A DNA stretch of 64,000 bases. Origin: Marispirochaeta sp. GTDB lineage: Bacteria > Spirochaetota > Spirochaetia > JC444 > Marispirochaetaceae. Under the pieces are notes generated by a model that was not told where the DNA came from, did not search any database, and worked only from the letters and a program-made list of their open reading frames with translations. Below are positions 18,836 to 29,091 of the stretch, piece after piece (position 1 is the first letter of the stretch; every line of letters begins with the position of its first letter). The stretch spans positions 480,001 to 544,000 of the forward strand of contig CAXXFF010000001.1 in NCBI GenBank assembly GCA_963676835.2, written 5' to 3'. A program made the translations under genes and the position numbers.

Positions 18836-21256
18836 TTAACTGTAGAGAAAGTCCTCCACATCACGCAGAATCTGCTCCTCAGATCCAAAGGATCTGCGGG
18901 TTTCCGGCAGAGACTGAAGGAAGATCCGGCCGTAACTCTTGCGCAGAATACGGGGATCGCAGACAACAACCACCCCCCGGTCGGTCTGACTGCGAATAAG
19001 CCTGCCGAACCCCTGCTTGAAACGCATGACAGCCTGGGGAAGGGAAAGCTGAAAGAAGGAGTTTCCGCCGCCGGCTTCAACAGCCTCCATCCGGGCCTGA
19101 AGCACAGGATCAGAGGGCACCGTAAAGGGAAGCCTGAAAAGTATAAGCATGGTCAGAGTCTCTCCGGGGCTGTCCACCCCCTCCCAGAAAGATTCAGTTG
19201 CAAAGAGAACACTTCCTGTATCCCGGTTAAACTGCTCTAAAAGCCTGGTGCGGTCATCATCACCCTGTTTGAGCACGGTTATCCCGGCCTGCTCCAGTTC
19301 CGGCGCTGTCGTCTCATATACCGAACGCAGCATACTGTAGGAGGTAAACAGCAGAAGCCCCCTGCCCTCGCTGATCTTCAGCAGATCAAGGGCCAGGCTG
19401 CCGGTAAAGGGCGTATATTCCGGCTGCTGCGGATCCGGAGCACCCTCGGGAATACAGAGCAGCACATTGGATTTATAGGGGAAAGGAGAGGCGAACATGG
19501 CACTCATATGGGGATAATCAACCAGGCCCATACGTTCTTCCCAGTAGGTAAACTCCTGCCGTACTGTAAGAGTCGCTGAGGTCATAACCACAGTATCAAA
19601 AGGATCATATACCGCTTCCCGCATGAGGGTACGGATATCCAGGGGGCTGGCATTGTAGAAGATATGAAAATCCTTACCCAGCCGCTTTTTCTCCAGCCAG
19701 AAAACCTGATCCGGCCGCTCCCGGAATTCCCGGAAGCTGTCGCAGACAGAGAGAAAGCCTGCTATCCGGCGCTGAATCACCTTCAGTTCGTGGAGGGCCG
19801 GATCTTCAAGGTGCTCTTCCGGAACCGACTCGGCAATACGGCCCAGTAGGGAGTAGAGCTCCCCCAGGGGACGGTGGACCTGGTTCAGAACATCCAGTAC
19901 CAGCTCCGCAAGCTTCTCATCTCCCGCAGCCTTAAGCCTCCAGGTTCCTGCGGTTTCAAGGATTCGGTCAAGTTCCTTTTCGGCATCTTCAAAGGCATCA
20001 CGGATATTCTGAATAGCCTGGGGCGTTTTACTGCTGACAGCAGTATCCGGCAGCAGGGCCTCAACCTTGACCAGGGCCCCGAATACACGGTTTCGCCTCT
20101 TTCTGTGCAGCCTGGCCAGCTGTTTATAGACCGACAGCCGGGAAAGTCCGGAGGAAAAATAGGAGGTGGCGTTACGCTCAATGTTATGTGCTTCATCAAA
20201 GACAATCTTATGAAACGGCGGAAGCACTGCAGTACCTTCAAAGCCCAGGGATTCCATACGCAGGGCAAGATCGGAAAAAAGCAGATGATGATTAACAATC
20301 AGAACCTGGGCAGCCGCCGCCTGCCGGCGTGCCTTGATAACGAAACAGGCTTCCCGGTGCCGGCAGCGCAGTCCAAGACAGCTGTCTGCCTCGGAGTTAA
20401 CCTTGTTCCAGAGCTCCCGGGAGGGATAAACAGGCAGATCACTCAAGGAGCCGGAATCAGTGATTTCCGCCCACTCTTTTATGGTCTCAAGGTCACCTCC
20501 CTCTTCACGGAAAAGGGAATCCTCCTCCAGGGTCTCCTCAAGGCGATGATAGCAGAGATAATTTCCCCGGCCTTTAACCAGGACACAATTGACTTTGGAC
20601 TGCATAATTTTAAGAACAGTAGGAATATCCTTGTCCAGAAGCTGGTTCTGCAGATTGATTGTTCCTGTAGAGAGCACAACCCGCTGTTTGTTGGTTTCCG
20701 CCCAGGCAACGGCAGGCAGGAGGTAGGCGAAAGACTTTCCAACTCCCGTTCCCGCTTCCACAAGAGATACACTGTTGCGGTTGAAGCTGTCGGTTACCAT
20801 GCGGGCCATCTCTATCTGGGTATCACGCTTTTCATAGCGGATTTGTTCAGATAGGGGCCCCGACGGTGAGAGAAAGGATTCAATGTAATCCGGATCTATT
20901 TCACTGATCTCATCTCCGGAAACCGCTTCCGCCACTACATAAATATTCTCAACCGGGTTATCCACAATATAAAAACCGACACCCCGGTTCCCGAGAAAGG
21001 AAGCGATCCCCAGGTCCGCGCCACTGGGCTGCAGATTTCCCGAAGGATGGTTGTGGAGTACAACATCAGCTTTTTCCAGAAAGGGTGCAAGTGCGGGAAC
21101 GGAGACTTCATTACCCCGGGCTCCCACCATAACTGTCGAAACCATCCCGTCATCGTTGAGGGTCCCGATAAAAAAGACCTCATTCCCGCCGGCTTCCTCA
21201 ATGGCAGAAAGAATGTTCTCCCGTACATGCGCGAGAAGATAATTTTCTATTTTCAT
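18836..21256 (-). CDS. DinG/YoaA-family Fe-S helicase with N-terminal JAB/RadC-like domain
   Basis: EAGTGVGKS, KGRGNYLC, DEAH, FWEGVD, QGFGRLIR; N-terminal E...HNHPSG...S..D. Confidence 0.9.
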   Translation of the reverse strand: MKIENYLLAHVRENILSAIEEAGGNEVFFIGTLNDDGMVSTVMVGARGNEVSVPALAPFLEKADVVLHNHPSGNLQPSGADLGIASFLGNRGVGFYIVDNPVENIYVVAEAVSGDEISEIDPDYIESFLSPSGPLSEQIRYEKRDTQIEMARMVTDSFNRNSVSLVEAGTGVGKSFAYLLPAVAWAETNKQRVVLSTGTINLQNQLLDKDIPTVLKIMQSKVNCVLVKGRGNYLCYHRLEETLEEDSLFREEGGDLETIKEWAEITDSGSLSDLPVYPSRELWNKVNSEADSCLGLRCRHREACFVIKARRQAAAAQVLIVNHHLLFSDLALRMESLGFEGTAVLPPFHKIVFDEAHNIERNATSYFSSGLSRLSVYKQLARLHRKRRNRVFGALVKVEALLPDTAVSSKTPQAIQNIRDAFEDAEKELDRILETAGTWRLKAAGDEKLAELVLDVLNQVHRPLGELYSLLGRIAESVPEEHLEDPALHELKVIQRRIAGFLSVCDSFREFRERPDQVFWLEKKRLGKDFHIFYNASPLDIRTLMREAVYDPFDTVVMTSATLTVRQEFTYWEERMGLVDYPHMSAMFASPFPYKSNVLLCIPEGAPDPQQPEYTPFTGSLALDLLKISEGRGLLLFTSYSMLRSVYETTAPELEQAGITVLKQGDDDRTRLLEQFNRDTGSVLFATESFWEGVDSPGETLTMLILFRLPFTVPSDPVLQARMEAVEAGGGNSFFQLSLPQAVMRFKQGFGRLIRSQTDRGVVVVCDPRILRKSYGRIFLQSLPETRRSFGSEEQILRDVEDFLYS

Positions 21257-21272
21257 TCCCTTCTGCGGTTTC

Positions 21273-22073
21273 CTAAAGCAGGATCTCCATGACGGTTTCC
21301 ACCATGCTGCGGAATTGAGACTCCACCCTGGCGGCGGTTTCTATTACCTCTGAGTGATTCAGCGGCTGATCAAGAATACCCGCAGCCATGTTGGTAATAC
21401 AGGAAAAACCGACGGTCTTCATGCCGAGATAGTTCGCCATTACCGCTTCGGGTACGGTAGACATTCCCACCATATCAGCCCCCATGGCCTCCGCCATGCG
21501 GATCTCCGCCGGAGTTTCGTAGCAGGGGCCGGAAAAGCCGGCATATACCCCCTCTTCCGGCGCAGGAGAAAGGGTCTCCCGGATTGTTTTACGCAGCTCC
21601 CGTGAGTATGTATCGGTCATATCCGGGAAGCGCGGCCCCAGGGATGAGTCGTTGGGCCCGGTAAGGGGATTGGCTCCCATCAGGTTGATATGATCCTTAA
21701 TCAGGACAATCTGTCCCGGTGTATAGCCGCGGTTCACCCCGCCTGCAGCGTTGGTGACAATAAGACGCTCCACCCCCATGGCCTTGAGCAGAAGCACCGG
21801 CTTGACCACATCCTTCATCGGGTGGCCTTCATAGAAATGGAATCTTCCTGCAAGCAGGGCATAGTCGGAGCTTACTTTCAGAAATCCGCGGTGCCCTTCT
21901 ACGGTGGGTTTGGGAAAATCCGGCAGTTCTCCGTAGTCAATAACTTCGCCGTCCAGAGAATCGGCAATAGAGGAGAGTCCCGAACCGAGAATAACTCCGA
22001 CCACGGGACGGTGTGCTGTACGTTTGGCAGCTGCTTCCTGCAGCCGGGATATAACAGATGCATAGGTATTCAT
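21273..22073 (-). CDS. punA: Purine nucleoside phosphorylase (trimeric type)
   Basis: ILGSGL, GRFHFYEG, TNAAGG, GPCYETPAE, VGMSTVPE, TNMAAG. Confidence 0.93.
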   Translation of the reverse strand: MNTYASVISRLQEAAAKRTAHRPVVGVILGSGLSSIADSLDGEVIDYGELPDFPKPTVEGHRGFLKVSSDYALLAGRFHFYEGHPMKDVVKPVLLLKAMGVERLIVTNAAGGVNRGYTPGQIVLIKDHINLMGANPLTGPNDSSLGPRFPDMTDTYSRELRKTIRETLSPAPEEGVYAGFSGPCYETPAEIRMAEAMGADMVGMSTVPEAVMANYLGMKTVGFSCITNMAAGILDQPLNHSEVIETAARVESQFRSMVETVMEILL

Positions 22074-22258
22074 ATTCAACTCCCCCTTCAATGATTATCT
22101 CCGGTGATGATAAAAAATTCAAGCAAGACCGGCTGTTTGGGAATATCCTGACCGGTGACGCGTTGACAATGCATTTTCTTCATGGTACTAGATGAAGGCT
22201 CTAATCTGATACAAAAAATCTACGAAACTGGAAGGATTTATTCCTCAAGGAGCTTGGT

Positions 22259-23596
22259 ATGGTTGTTATGAAATTCGGGGGAACTTCTGTTCAGGACGCA
22301 CAGCGCATCGATCAGGCGCTGGATATTGCAGCAGCACAGCTGGTTAACGAACCTCTGCTTGTGTCCTCTGCCATGGCGAAAATTACCGACACCCTGGTTG
22401 CTATTACCGGCCTTGCGGAAGAGGGCAATTTTTCCGAAGCTGAAAAACTTCTGGTAGAGATGAAAGACCGCCATTTATCTGTGGCTGAAGATTTTCTTGA
22501 GGATAAACAGCTTTCCGCCTGCAGAAACGATATAGATGAACTCTACCTGCAGCTTATAGCCCTTGTCCGGGGTTCAAGTCTGCTGCATGAATGCAGCCCC
22601 AGGAGCAGAGACGCGATATTCTCCTTCGGCGAACTCCTTTCCACCAAGCTGATCTACCACCGGGCGGTGGCCCGGGGAATAGATGCGGTTTGGGTGGATT
22701 CGCGGCAGTGCATAATTACAGACAGCAACTTTACTGCTGCTATCCCGAACTTCGATGCCACCGACAAAGCGGTGCGCAAACATATCAAACCCCACAAAAA
22801 CCATCTCTATGTTGCTCAGGGCTTTATATCGAGTGACAGCCGGGGAACAACCACAACCCTTGGCCGTGGAGGTAGCGACTACAGCGCCGCCATCTTCGGT
22901 GCGGCCCTGAAGGCAGACGAAGTGCAGATATGGACCGACGTTAACGGTATTCTCACTTCCGACCCGCGGCTGGTGCCACAGGCCCGCACCATCGGCTCAA
23001 TCACCTACGACGAAGCTGCTGAGCTTGCCTATTTCGGAGCCAAGGTTGTTCACCCTTCAACCATTCAGCCGGCGGTTCGCCACAATATACCGGTGTTTGT
23101 AAAAAATACCGGCGAACCGGAAAATCCCGGAACCCTTATCAGCGGCAAAGCGGAAGGATCCGGATTGAGAGCCATTGCCGGTAAAAAAGGCATTACCCTG
23201 ATAAATGTTTCCTCCTCCCGCATGCTGAATGCCTACGGCTTTTTAAGCAGGATCTTTGCAACCTTCAACGACTTCCACACTCCGGTAGACCTGGTGGCAA
23301 CATCTGAAGTCAGTGTCAGCATGACCATCGATTCCACGAAGTACCTTGAAGAAATTACCGTGGAACTTGAAAAAATCGGTCAGGTCAAGGTTATGAAAGA
23401 CGTCAGCATTATCTGTCTGGTAGGTCTCAACCTGTGGAGGGACTCCATGCTTATTTCACGGGTCTTTGCAGCCCTCGACGGTGTACCCATCCAGATGGTT
23501 TCACTCGGGTCCTCCGATATAAACCTTTCGCTGGTAGTACCCGCTGAACATGGTGATTCGGCCATAAAAACACTGCACAAGCAGCTTCTGGAATAG
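22259..23596 (+). CDS. lysC: Aspartate kinase (AK III-like, two ACT domains)
   Basis: KFGGTSV, LGRGGSDYSA, WTDVNG, ELAYFGAKVVHP, TSEVSVS. Confidence 0.93.
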   Translation: MVVMKFGGTSVQDAQRIDQALDIAAAQLVNEPLLVSSAMAKITDTLVAITGLAEEGNFSEAEKLLVEMKDRHLSVAEDFLEDKQLSACRNDIDELYLQLIALVRGSSLLHECSPRSRDAIFSFGELLSTKLIYHRAVARGIDAVWVDSRQCIITDSNFTAAIPNFDATDKAVRKHIKPHKNHLYVAQGFISSDSRGTTTTLGRGGSDYSAAIFGAALKADEVQIWTDVNGILTSDPRLVPQARTIGSITYDEAAELAYFGAKVVHPSTIQPAVRHNIPVFVKNTGEPENPGTLISGKAEGSGLRAIAGKKGITLINVSSSRMLNAYGFLSRIFATFNDFHTPVDLVATSEVSVSMTIDSTKYLEEITVELEKIGQVKVMKDVSIICLVGLNLWRDSMLISRVFAALDGVPIQMVSLGSSDINLSLVVPAEHGDSAIKTLHKQLLE

Positions 23597-23612
23597 GCAC
23601 CGGAGGCCTTCA

Positions 23613-24467
23613 GTGAACCTGCCTTTCTATAAACTGTCCGTGGGCACAAACGATTTTCTGCTGATCAACTTCATGGGAGAAGCCATTCCCGACGAACAGC
23701 TTCTTCCGGTTCTGACTGCCCGTATCTGCCGCCGGCACAAAGGTGTTGGCGCCAACGGGGTAGCCTTTCTTTTTGACCATCCCGAAGCAGGAGCGAAAAT
23801 CCGTTACTTTACTTCACGGGGACGGGAACTGCAGCGGTTTTATGATCCCCTCCTGGGTGCAGCCCGCTATCTCTTCGATTCCGGGTTTTCCGGAACCAGG
23901 GCAATCACCGTGGAGGTTCCCACAGGAATCCAGACAATAGAATCCATCGACAGTGCCAACTTCAGGATTTCCCTGGGGAATCCTCTGGATGTTGAAGGTT
24001 CACCCCTCAAGGAAGAGATTTCCAGTGAAGGGGGGATTTTTATCAGCCTTGAAAACAGCACCTATCCCCTGACACCTGTCCAGCTGCATATGCTCTGGGG
24101 TACAGTCTTCTTCGAGAATGATCCCAGAAAAGGAACCGGACACATTGCAAAGGCAATGGGCAGCAGCACCATTAGCGGCAGCAGCTTTACCCCTCTCTTT
24201 GTACAGGTCTACTCGGACGATGATATACTTGTAGCTCCCCAATGGAAAAAGAAAAGCCACCTTGAACTTTCCATTGCAGCCGGTGCTGCGGCGGTTTCCA
24301 CCGCAGTCAGAGGTTTCGGCGGCAGCTCCCTCATGACCCGCATCGGGAGTCAGGAATTCTTCATCGAATGGAAAACAGCAAATCAGGAATTACTCTGCAC
24401 CGGCGGCGGGGAATATGTCTTTACCGGGGATTATTTCTTTGACGAATCGATCCTCTATGGTGATTGA
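23613..24467 (+). CDS. DapF-like protein lacking both catalytic cysteines
   Basis: FYK...NDF and RHKGVGANG match the DapF N-terminus, but the CGNG and ACGTG motifs are absent. Confidence 0.7.
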   Translation: MNLPFYKLSVGTNDFLLINFMGEAIPDEQLLPVLTARICRRHKGVGANGVAFLFDHPEAGAKIRYFTSRGRELQRFYDPLLGAARYLFDSGFSGTRAITVEVPTGIQTIESIDSANFRISLGNPLDVEGSPLKEEISSEGGIFISLENSTYPLTPVQLHMLWGTVFFENDPRKGTGHIAKAMGSSTISGSSFTPLFVQVYSDDDILVAPQWKKKSHLELSIAAGAAAVSTAVRGFGGSSLMTRIGSQEFFIEWKTANQELLCTGGGEYVFTGDYFFDESILYGD

Positions 24468-24479
24468 GAGGAAAGTGAG

Positions 24480-24872
24480 ATGTCACAGATATTTGACCGG
24501 TTCAACCGTATCGTCCGCTCTGTAATCAACGACACAGTAAAGACTTCTGCCGGAACCTTCACCCGCCATGAAGACGATGATATGCGCGAAGCATGGGAAG
24601 AACTGAACAGTTTCCTTGAAAATGACCCCGAACCCGGTAAGGTACATGATTCTGCCGAATCCATTCCGGAAAACATCCGAACTGCCTACATCCGGCTGGA
24701 TCTTAATCCCGGAGCCCCGTGGCCGGAAGTTCAGAAAGCCTACCGCAATCTGCTCTACGCCAACCATCCAGACCGGAACAGCTCCCCCGACGCCGGAAAG
24801 AACACCCGGGAAATACTCACAGCCTTCCGCAGTATAAAAGCCTGGCAGGAAGAAAAATCCCGACAGGGATAA
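24480..24872 (+). CDS. Small protein with C-terminal J-domain
   Basis: EVQKAYRNLLYANHPDRN (HPD motif). Confidence 0.8.
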   Translation: MSQIFDRFNRIVRSVINDTVKTSAGTFTRHEDDDMREAWEELNSFLENDPEPGKVHDSAESIPENIRTAYIRLDLNPGAPWPEVQKAYRNLLYANHPDRNSSPDAGKNTREILTAFRSIKAWQEEKSRQG

Positions 24873-24887
24873 TAAGGCAGAATCCGC

Positions 24888-26252
24888 TTAAATTTCTACA
24901 ATATTATACTCGCTGATCTTGCGGTGCAGGGTTTTGCGGCCGATGCCCAGAACATCAGCTGTCTTGCTCTTGTTGCCGTTACAGTAGTTAAGGGTGCTCT
25001 CGATAATAACCTTTTCAGCTTCCGCCATACTTACCCCGAGATCTATTTTTATGTAGGTACCCTCCTCGCCGGAAACAACACTGGGAGGTAGATCCTCAAG
25101 GGTAATGACGCTGTTTTTACACATAACAACCGCACTTTCTATGGAATTCCTGAGCTCCCGGATATTGCCGGGCCAGGAGTAGTTATACAGAGCAAGGTTG
25201 GCTTTGTGGTCAATTCCTTCCAGGGGTTTGCCGTTTTCTTCGGAGAACTCCTTAAGAAAGGCTGCCGCCAGAAGGGGAATATCCTCTTTCCGCTCCCTTA
25301 AAGGAGGAACATGAATATTAACCACATTGAGACGGTAGTAGAGGTCCTCCCGGAAATTACCTTTTTCTATCTCAGTCTTGAGATCCCGGTTGGTGGCGGA
25401 AATTATACGGACATCCACCTCCTGGGTCTCCTCGCCGCCGACGCGTTCAAAGCGTTTTTCCTGCAGCACCCTTAAAATTTTAATCTGCACCGACTGATTG
25501 ATTTCACCTATTTCATCGAGAAAAATGGATCCCATATGGGCAAGTTCGAAGCGTCCCCGCTTGCGGGCAACAGCACCGGTAAAGGCGCCTTTTTCATGAC
25601 CGAAGAGTTCACTTTCAAGCAGGGTTTCGCTCAAGGCGGCACAGTGTACCTTTATGCTGGCTTTATCCTTACGGGGCGAAAGCTTGTGAATGGCATCGGC
25701 AATCAGCTCCTTTCCAACGCCGCTCTCGCCGGTAATAAGCACCGAAGCCTTGGTTGCAGCAACCTGCTCCACCACCTCCATAACCTTGCGCATCTGGGAA
25801 CTTTTACCAATGATATTGGCATAGCGGTTGCGCTCCCCGATAAGGTCAATCTCCTCCTGGAGGGCCCGGTGCTGGAGTACCAGTTCCCGGTTGGCAAGGG
25901 CCCGTTTGACAAGCAGGGAGAGCCGGTCCAGATTGAGGGGCTTGGTTAGAAAGTCGTAAGCTCCGTCACGCATTGCGTTTACCGCCGATTCGATGGTGCC
26001 GTGGCCGGTAAGAATAATGACAGGAACAGTGGGATAGGCAGAAGCCACTTTCTTGAGCAGATCTTCGCCGGACATTTCCGGCATCTTCAGGTCGGTAACA
26101 ATGAGATCAATCTCTTCCGAATTGAGCTGCTTGAGAGCCTCTTTGCCGTTTTCTGCCAGATAAACCTGGTAGTCTTCAAGTTCCAGGGCCTTTCCAAGAC
26201 CTTCACGGATGTTTTTCTCATCATCAACAATAAGGATATTAAACTTCATCAC
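24888..26252 (-). CDS. sigma54-dependent NtrC-family response regulator (Rrp2-like)
   Basis: REC (VDDE, TDLKMP), GESGVGKE, GAFTGA, FLDEIGE, WPGNIREL, Fis-type HTH. Confidence 0.95.
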   Translation of the reverse strand: MMKFNILIVDDEKNIREGLGKALELEDYQVYLAENGKEALKQLNSEEIDLIVTDLKMPEMSGEDLLKKVASAYPTVPVIILTGHGTIESAVNAMRDGAYDFLTKPLNLDRLSLLVKRALANRELVLQHRALQEEIDLIGERNRYANIIGKSSQMRKVMEVVEQVAATKASVLITGESGVGKELIADAIHKLSPRKDKASIKVHCAALSETLLESELFGHEKGAFTGAVARKRGRFELAHMGSIFLDEIGEINQSVQIKILRVLQEKRFERVGGEETQEVDVRIISATNRDLKTEIEKGNFREDLYYRLNVVNIHVPPLRERKEDIPLLAAAFLKEFSEENGKPLEGIDHKANLALYNYSWPGNIRELRNSIESAVVMCKNSVITLEDLPPSVVSGEEGTYIKIDLGVSMAEAEKVIIESTLNYCNGNKSKTADVLGIGRKTLHRKISEYNIVEI

Positions 26253-27420
26253 TCTGCCATCCTAAAAGGCGTTTCTCTTTCTGGGGAACCGGCAGGGAGA
26301 TGGTGAAACTTGTCCCCTCACCCTCACGGCTGTGAAGATTTATCTCTCCCTGATGTTCCTTAATTATTTTGTAGACCAGGGTCAGGCCGAGACCGGAACC
26401 GAAATCCCTGGTGGTAAAGTAGGGTTCAAAGATCTTGGCCATATTTTCCTCAGGGATTCCAACACCGGTATCGGCAACAACAAGCTGAACCTGGTCGTCT
26501 TTTATTTCTGTAATTACCGTCAGTGTTCCGCCTTCCGGCATTGCGGAGATGGCGTTTTTAACAATATTAAGCAGAGCCTGCTTAAGGTACTTGGAATCCA
26601 GCTGCAGAACCGGGAGTTTCGGCTCAAGATTCTGAATAAGCTCTATTCCCTGCTCCTCCAGCTCGTAATGCATAAACTCGAAAAGCTCCCGTATGAGTTC
26701 GTTCAGGTCCTGTCCCACCAGGTTCATGTCCATAGGACGGACGGCAAACAGAAAATCCACGATTATTCCGTTCAGCCGTTCAACCTCTTCGTTAACAATA
26801 TCCAGATAGTTCTGCATCATGTTGATTTTGGAGTTGTCCTCAAGTTCGGGAAGCTTGTTCAGCGCCTTCTGAATGAGCTGGATGTGAATACTGATGGATC
26901 CCAGGGGGTTCTTGATTTCATGGGCAACCCCTGCGGTAAGGGTTGTCAGTGCGGCGAGATTCTCCGCCCGGCGCAGACGGGCTTCCTTGCCCTTCTTTTC
27001 CGTAACATCCTCTATATGCAGCAGACCACCCTGTATCTTTCCCTCCCGCACCAGGGGCATCATGGTACAGGAGAGGATTCGGGTACCGCCGCCGGACTGG
27101 ATGGCAATCTCCTTATCCTCGATGTTTTCCTGATTAGCCAGGGCTTTATGAAAGAAACTGCTGAAGGAATTGTCTCCAAGAGCATCCCATAAAGGACGCT
27201 CCAGGGCATCGCCGCTTTTAAAGGGAAGGAGCCTTTCGGCGGCTTTATTCAGAAGAATTATATTGTGGTTTTCATCCAGTACCACCACACCGTCTGTCAT
27301 GGAATACAAAACCATTTCCAGCAGTTCATTCTCCTGAACAACATGCATAATCAGCTGCCGGATCTGATCAATATCCAGTTTGCTGATCATCTTCAAGGCC
27401 CGGTTAAGGAATTTCCTCAT
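26239..27420 (-). CDS. Cytoplasmic PAS sensor histidine kinase (Hk2-like)
   Basis: PAS (SMTDGVVVLD), H-box AHEIKNPL, N box, DTGVGI, FEPYFTT, GSGLGL; no TM segment. Confidence 0.92.
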   Translation of the reverse strand: MRKFLNRALKMISKLDIDQIRQLIMHVVQENELLEMVLYSMTDGVVVLDENHNIILLNKAAERLLPFKSGDALERPLWDALGDNSFSSFFHKALANQENIEDKEIAIQSGGGTRILSCTMMPLVREGKIQGGLLHIEDVTEKKGKEARLRRAENLAALTTLTAGVAHEIKNPLGSISIHIQLIQKALNKLPELEDNSKINMMQNYLDIVNEEVERLNGIIVDFLFAVRPMDMNLVGQDLNELIRELFEFMHYELEEQGIELIQNLEPKLPVLQLDSKYLKQALLNIVKNAISAMPEGGTLTVITEIKDDQVQLVVADTGVGIPEENMAKIFEPYFTTRDFGSGLGLTLVYKIIKEHQGEINLHSREGEGTSFTISLPVPQKEKRLLGWQSDEV

Positions 27421-28592
27421 GTACCGCCTCCGTAAAGAAGCCCCTCTATAAGAAGATCCGGACTCTGATTATAACTTTCGAACATCCTTCTGGACCGCTG
27501 CAGATTGCGGTGAAGCCGTTCCAGAGCATCAAGGGCGGGATTGCCTTCCCGGGGGGGAAGCATTTCCCTGAGAACGGCCTCAGCCTCTTCCAGGAGGGGA
27601 ATAAACCGCTCTTTCCTTTCGGCGAGGATTGAAAAAATCCCGGAGAGATCGCCTTCTGCAGGCAAGCCCAGAGCAAGATGAACAAGGGTTGCTGCATGAT
27701 GCCTGAGTTCGGATGTTCCCAGGTCGAAGCCCAGGAAATATTCCCGCAGCGAACGGTACTCTCCAGAGGGTTCCCGGAAAATACGGTCGAGAACCTCCCG
27801 TTCTCCGGCTTCATCCCGTTCCCGGAATCCGTAAGGTCTGAGCCTGCTTATAATGGTAGGCAGCAGAGAACCTTTGCGGGTTGAGGTAAGAATAAAGGTT
27901 ACCCCTTCCGGCGGTTCTTCGAGAATCTTCAGCAAGGCATTCCGCGCTCCCTCCAGCATGGCATCGGCATTTTCGAGAATTATGGTCTTTCCCCTTCCCT
28001 GCCCGGTGGTATGAGCCCAGGAGGCAATGTTACGGACCATAAAAATGGGGATGTGGGAAAGGTTGACCGATTTTACTATCTTTGCAGACTCCGCTGAGAG
28101 GGATGAGAGCTGTTTCTCCAGCTCCTTTGCGGGGAGCTCTCCCGATACAGGGCTGATACTGTCGATAATTTCTTCCACCGAATCCAGGCTTCCCCGTATG
28201 CCTTTGAGTTTGGACTCCTCACCTTCCCATATCCAGGGATCAAAGCGGCGGGTAAGCTTGCGGGCAGCCCGGATCATCAGATAGCGGGCAAAGGCTTTTT
28301 GTGTCCGCCGCAGTACTTCGGCCGAACCATCCAGTTCCCGCAGGAAATACCGCGGCCCCGCCATAACAAGGTCGGGGTGGGTCATTTCACGCTGCCTGCG
28401 GCAGCTTCCACAGGAACAGGACCAGAGCGCCTCTTTCTGACAGCTTAAGACCCTGGCAAGCTCCAGAGCAGTGGAAAGCTTGGCACTGTAGTTGGGGCCG
28501 TAAAAAAGCATGGAAGATGCCAGACTGGCTGAAGAGATATCATCTTCTATCCGTTTAACTACATGCTCCTGGCCGAGTATATTCTCAAACAC
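27417..28592 (-). CDS. DNA polymerase III delta'-like clamp-loader subunit
   Basis: FENILGQ, Zn-like CSCGSC..HPD, ARNALLKILEEPP, LLPTIISR. Confidence 0.75.
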   Translation of the reverse strand: MFENILGQEHVVKRIEDDISSASLASSMLFYGPNYSAKLSTALELARVLSCQKEALWSCSCGSCRRQREMTHPDLVMAGPRYFLRELDGSAEVLRRTQKAFARYLMIRAARKLTRRFDPWIWEGEESKLKGIRGSLDSVEEIIDSISPVSGELPAKELEKQLSSLSAESAKIVKSVNLSHIPIFMVRNIASWAHTTGQGRGKTIILENADAMLEGARNALLKILEEPPEGVTFILTSTRKGSLLPTIISRLRPYGFRERDEAGEREVLDRIFREPSGEYRSLREYFLGFDLGTSELRHHAATLVHLALGLPAEGDLSGIFSILAERKERFIPLLEEAEAVLREMLPPREGNPALDALERLHRNLQRSRRMFESYNQSPDLLIEGLLYGGGT

Positions 28593-28596
28593 CTTG

Positions 28597-29091
28597 TTAA
28601 AACACCTTTTCCGGAATAATAGTACCGCCGCCCTGAAATACCGGCAGAAAATCAGCTACAAATCCCGCGGCAATGCTGCTGTTTATCAGATCTTCCACAT
28701 CAAAAAATGGCTGGTTAAGCAGAAGAATCAGAATCAGAAGAGAAACAACGGTTCCCTCTATAATTCCGAGAAAAAAAGCCAGCGCCTTGTCGAGGTTTTC
28801 CAGAGCCACAGACTCTATGGCGCGATAGAGAACCCCTTCAAGAATTTTCATTACTAAATATACGAACAGAAAGATAATCAGAAAAGCAATTACCCTGTTC
28901 CACGGTGATTCCCCCAGACCCCGGGCAATAATTTCTGCACCATAAGCAGAAAAAAGAATACCGCAGATGATTCCTCCTCCCAGGGAGGCAACCGCCAGCA
29001 CCTCAGCCACAAAACCTCTGAATACACAGCGGACAATGGCTATAAGAGTGACCGCGGCAAAGATGTAATCCAGAACTCCCGGGCTGATCAC
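28597..29091 (-). CDS. cvpA: CvpA (colicin V production) family membrane protein
   Basis: LDYIF, RGFVAE, LDKALAFFLG; four TM segments. Confidence 0.85.
   Translation of the reverse strand: MISPGVLDYIFAAVTLIAIVRCVFRGFVAEVLAVASLGGGIICGILFSAYGAEIIARGLGESPWNRVIAFLIIFLFVYLVMKILEGVLYRAIESVALENLDKALAFFLGIIEGTVVSLLILILLLNQPFFDVEDLINSSIAAGFVADFLPVFQGGGTIIPEKVF

Noticed and set aside
19874..20854. 326-aa plus-strand ORF
   Set aside because: Antisense to the DinG helicase
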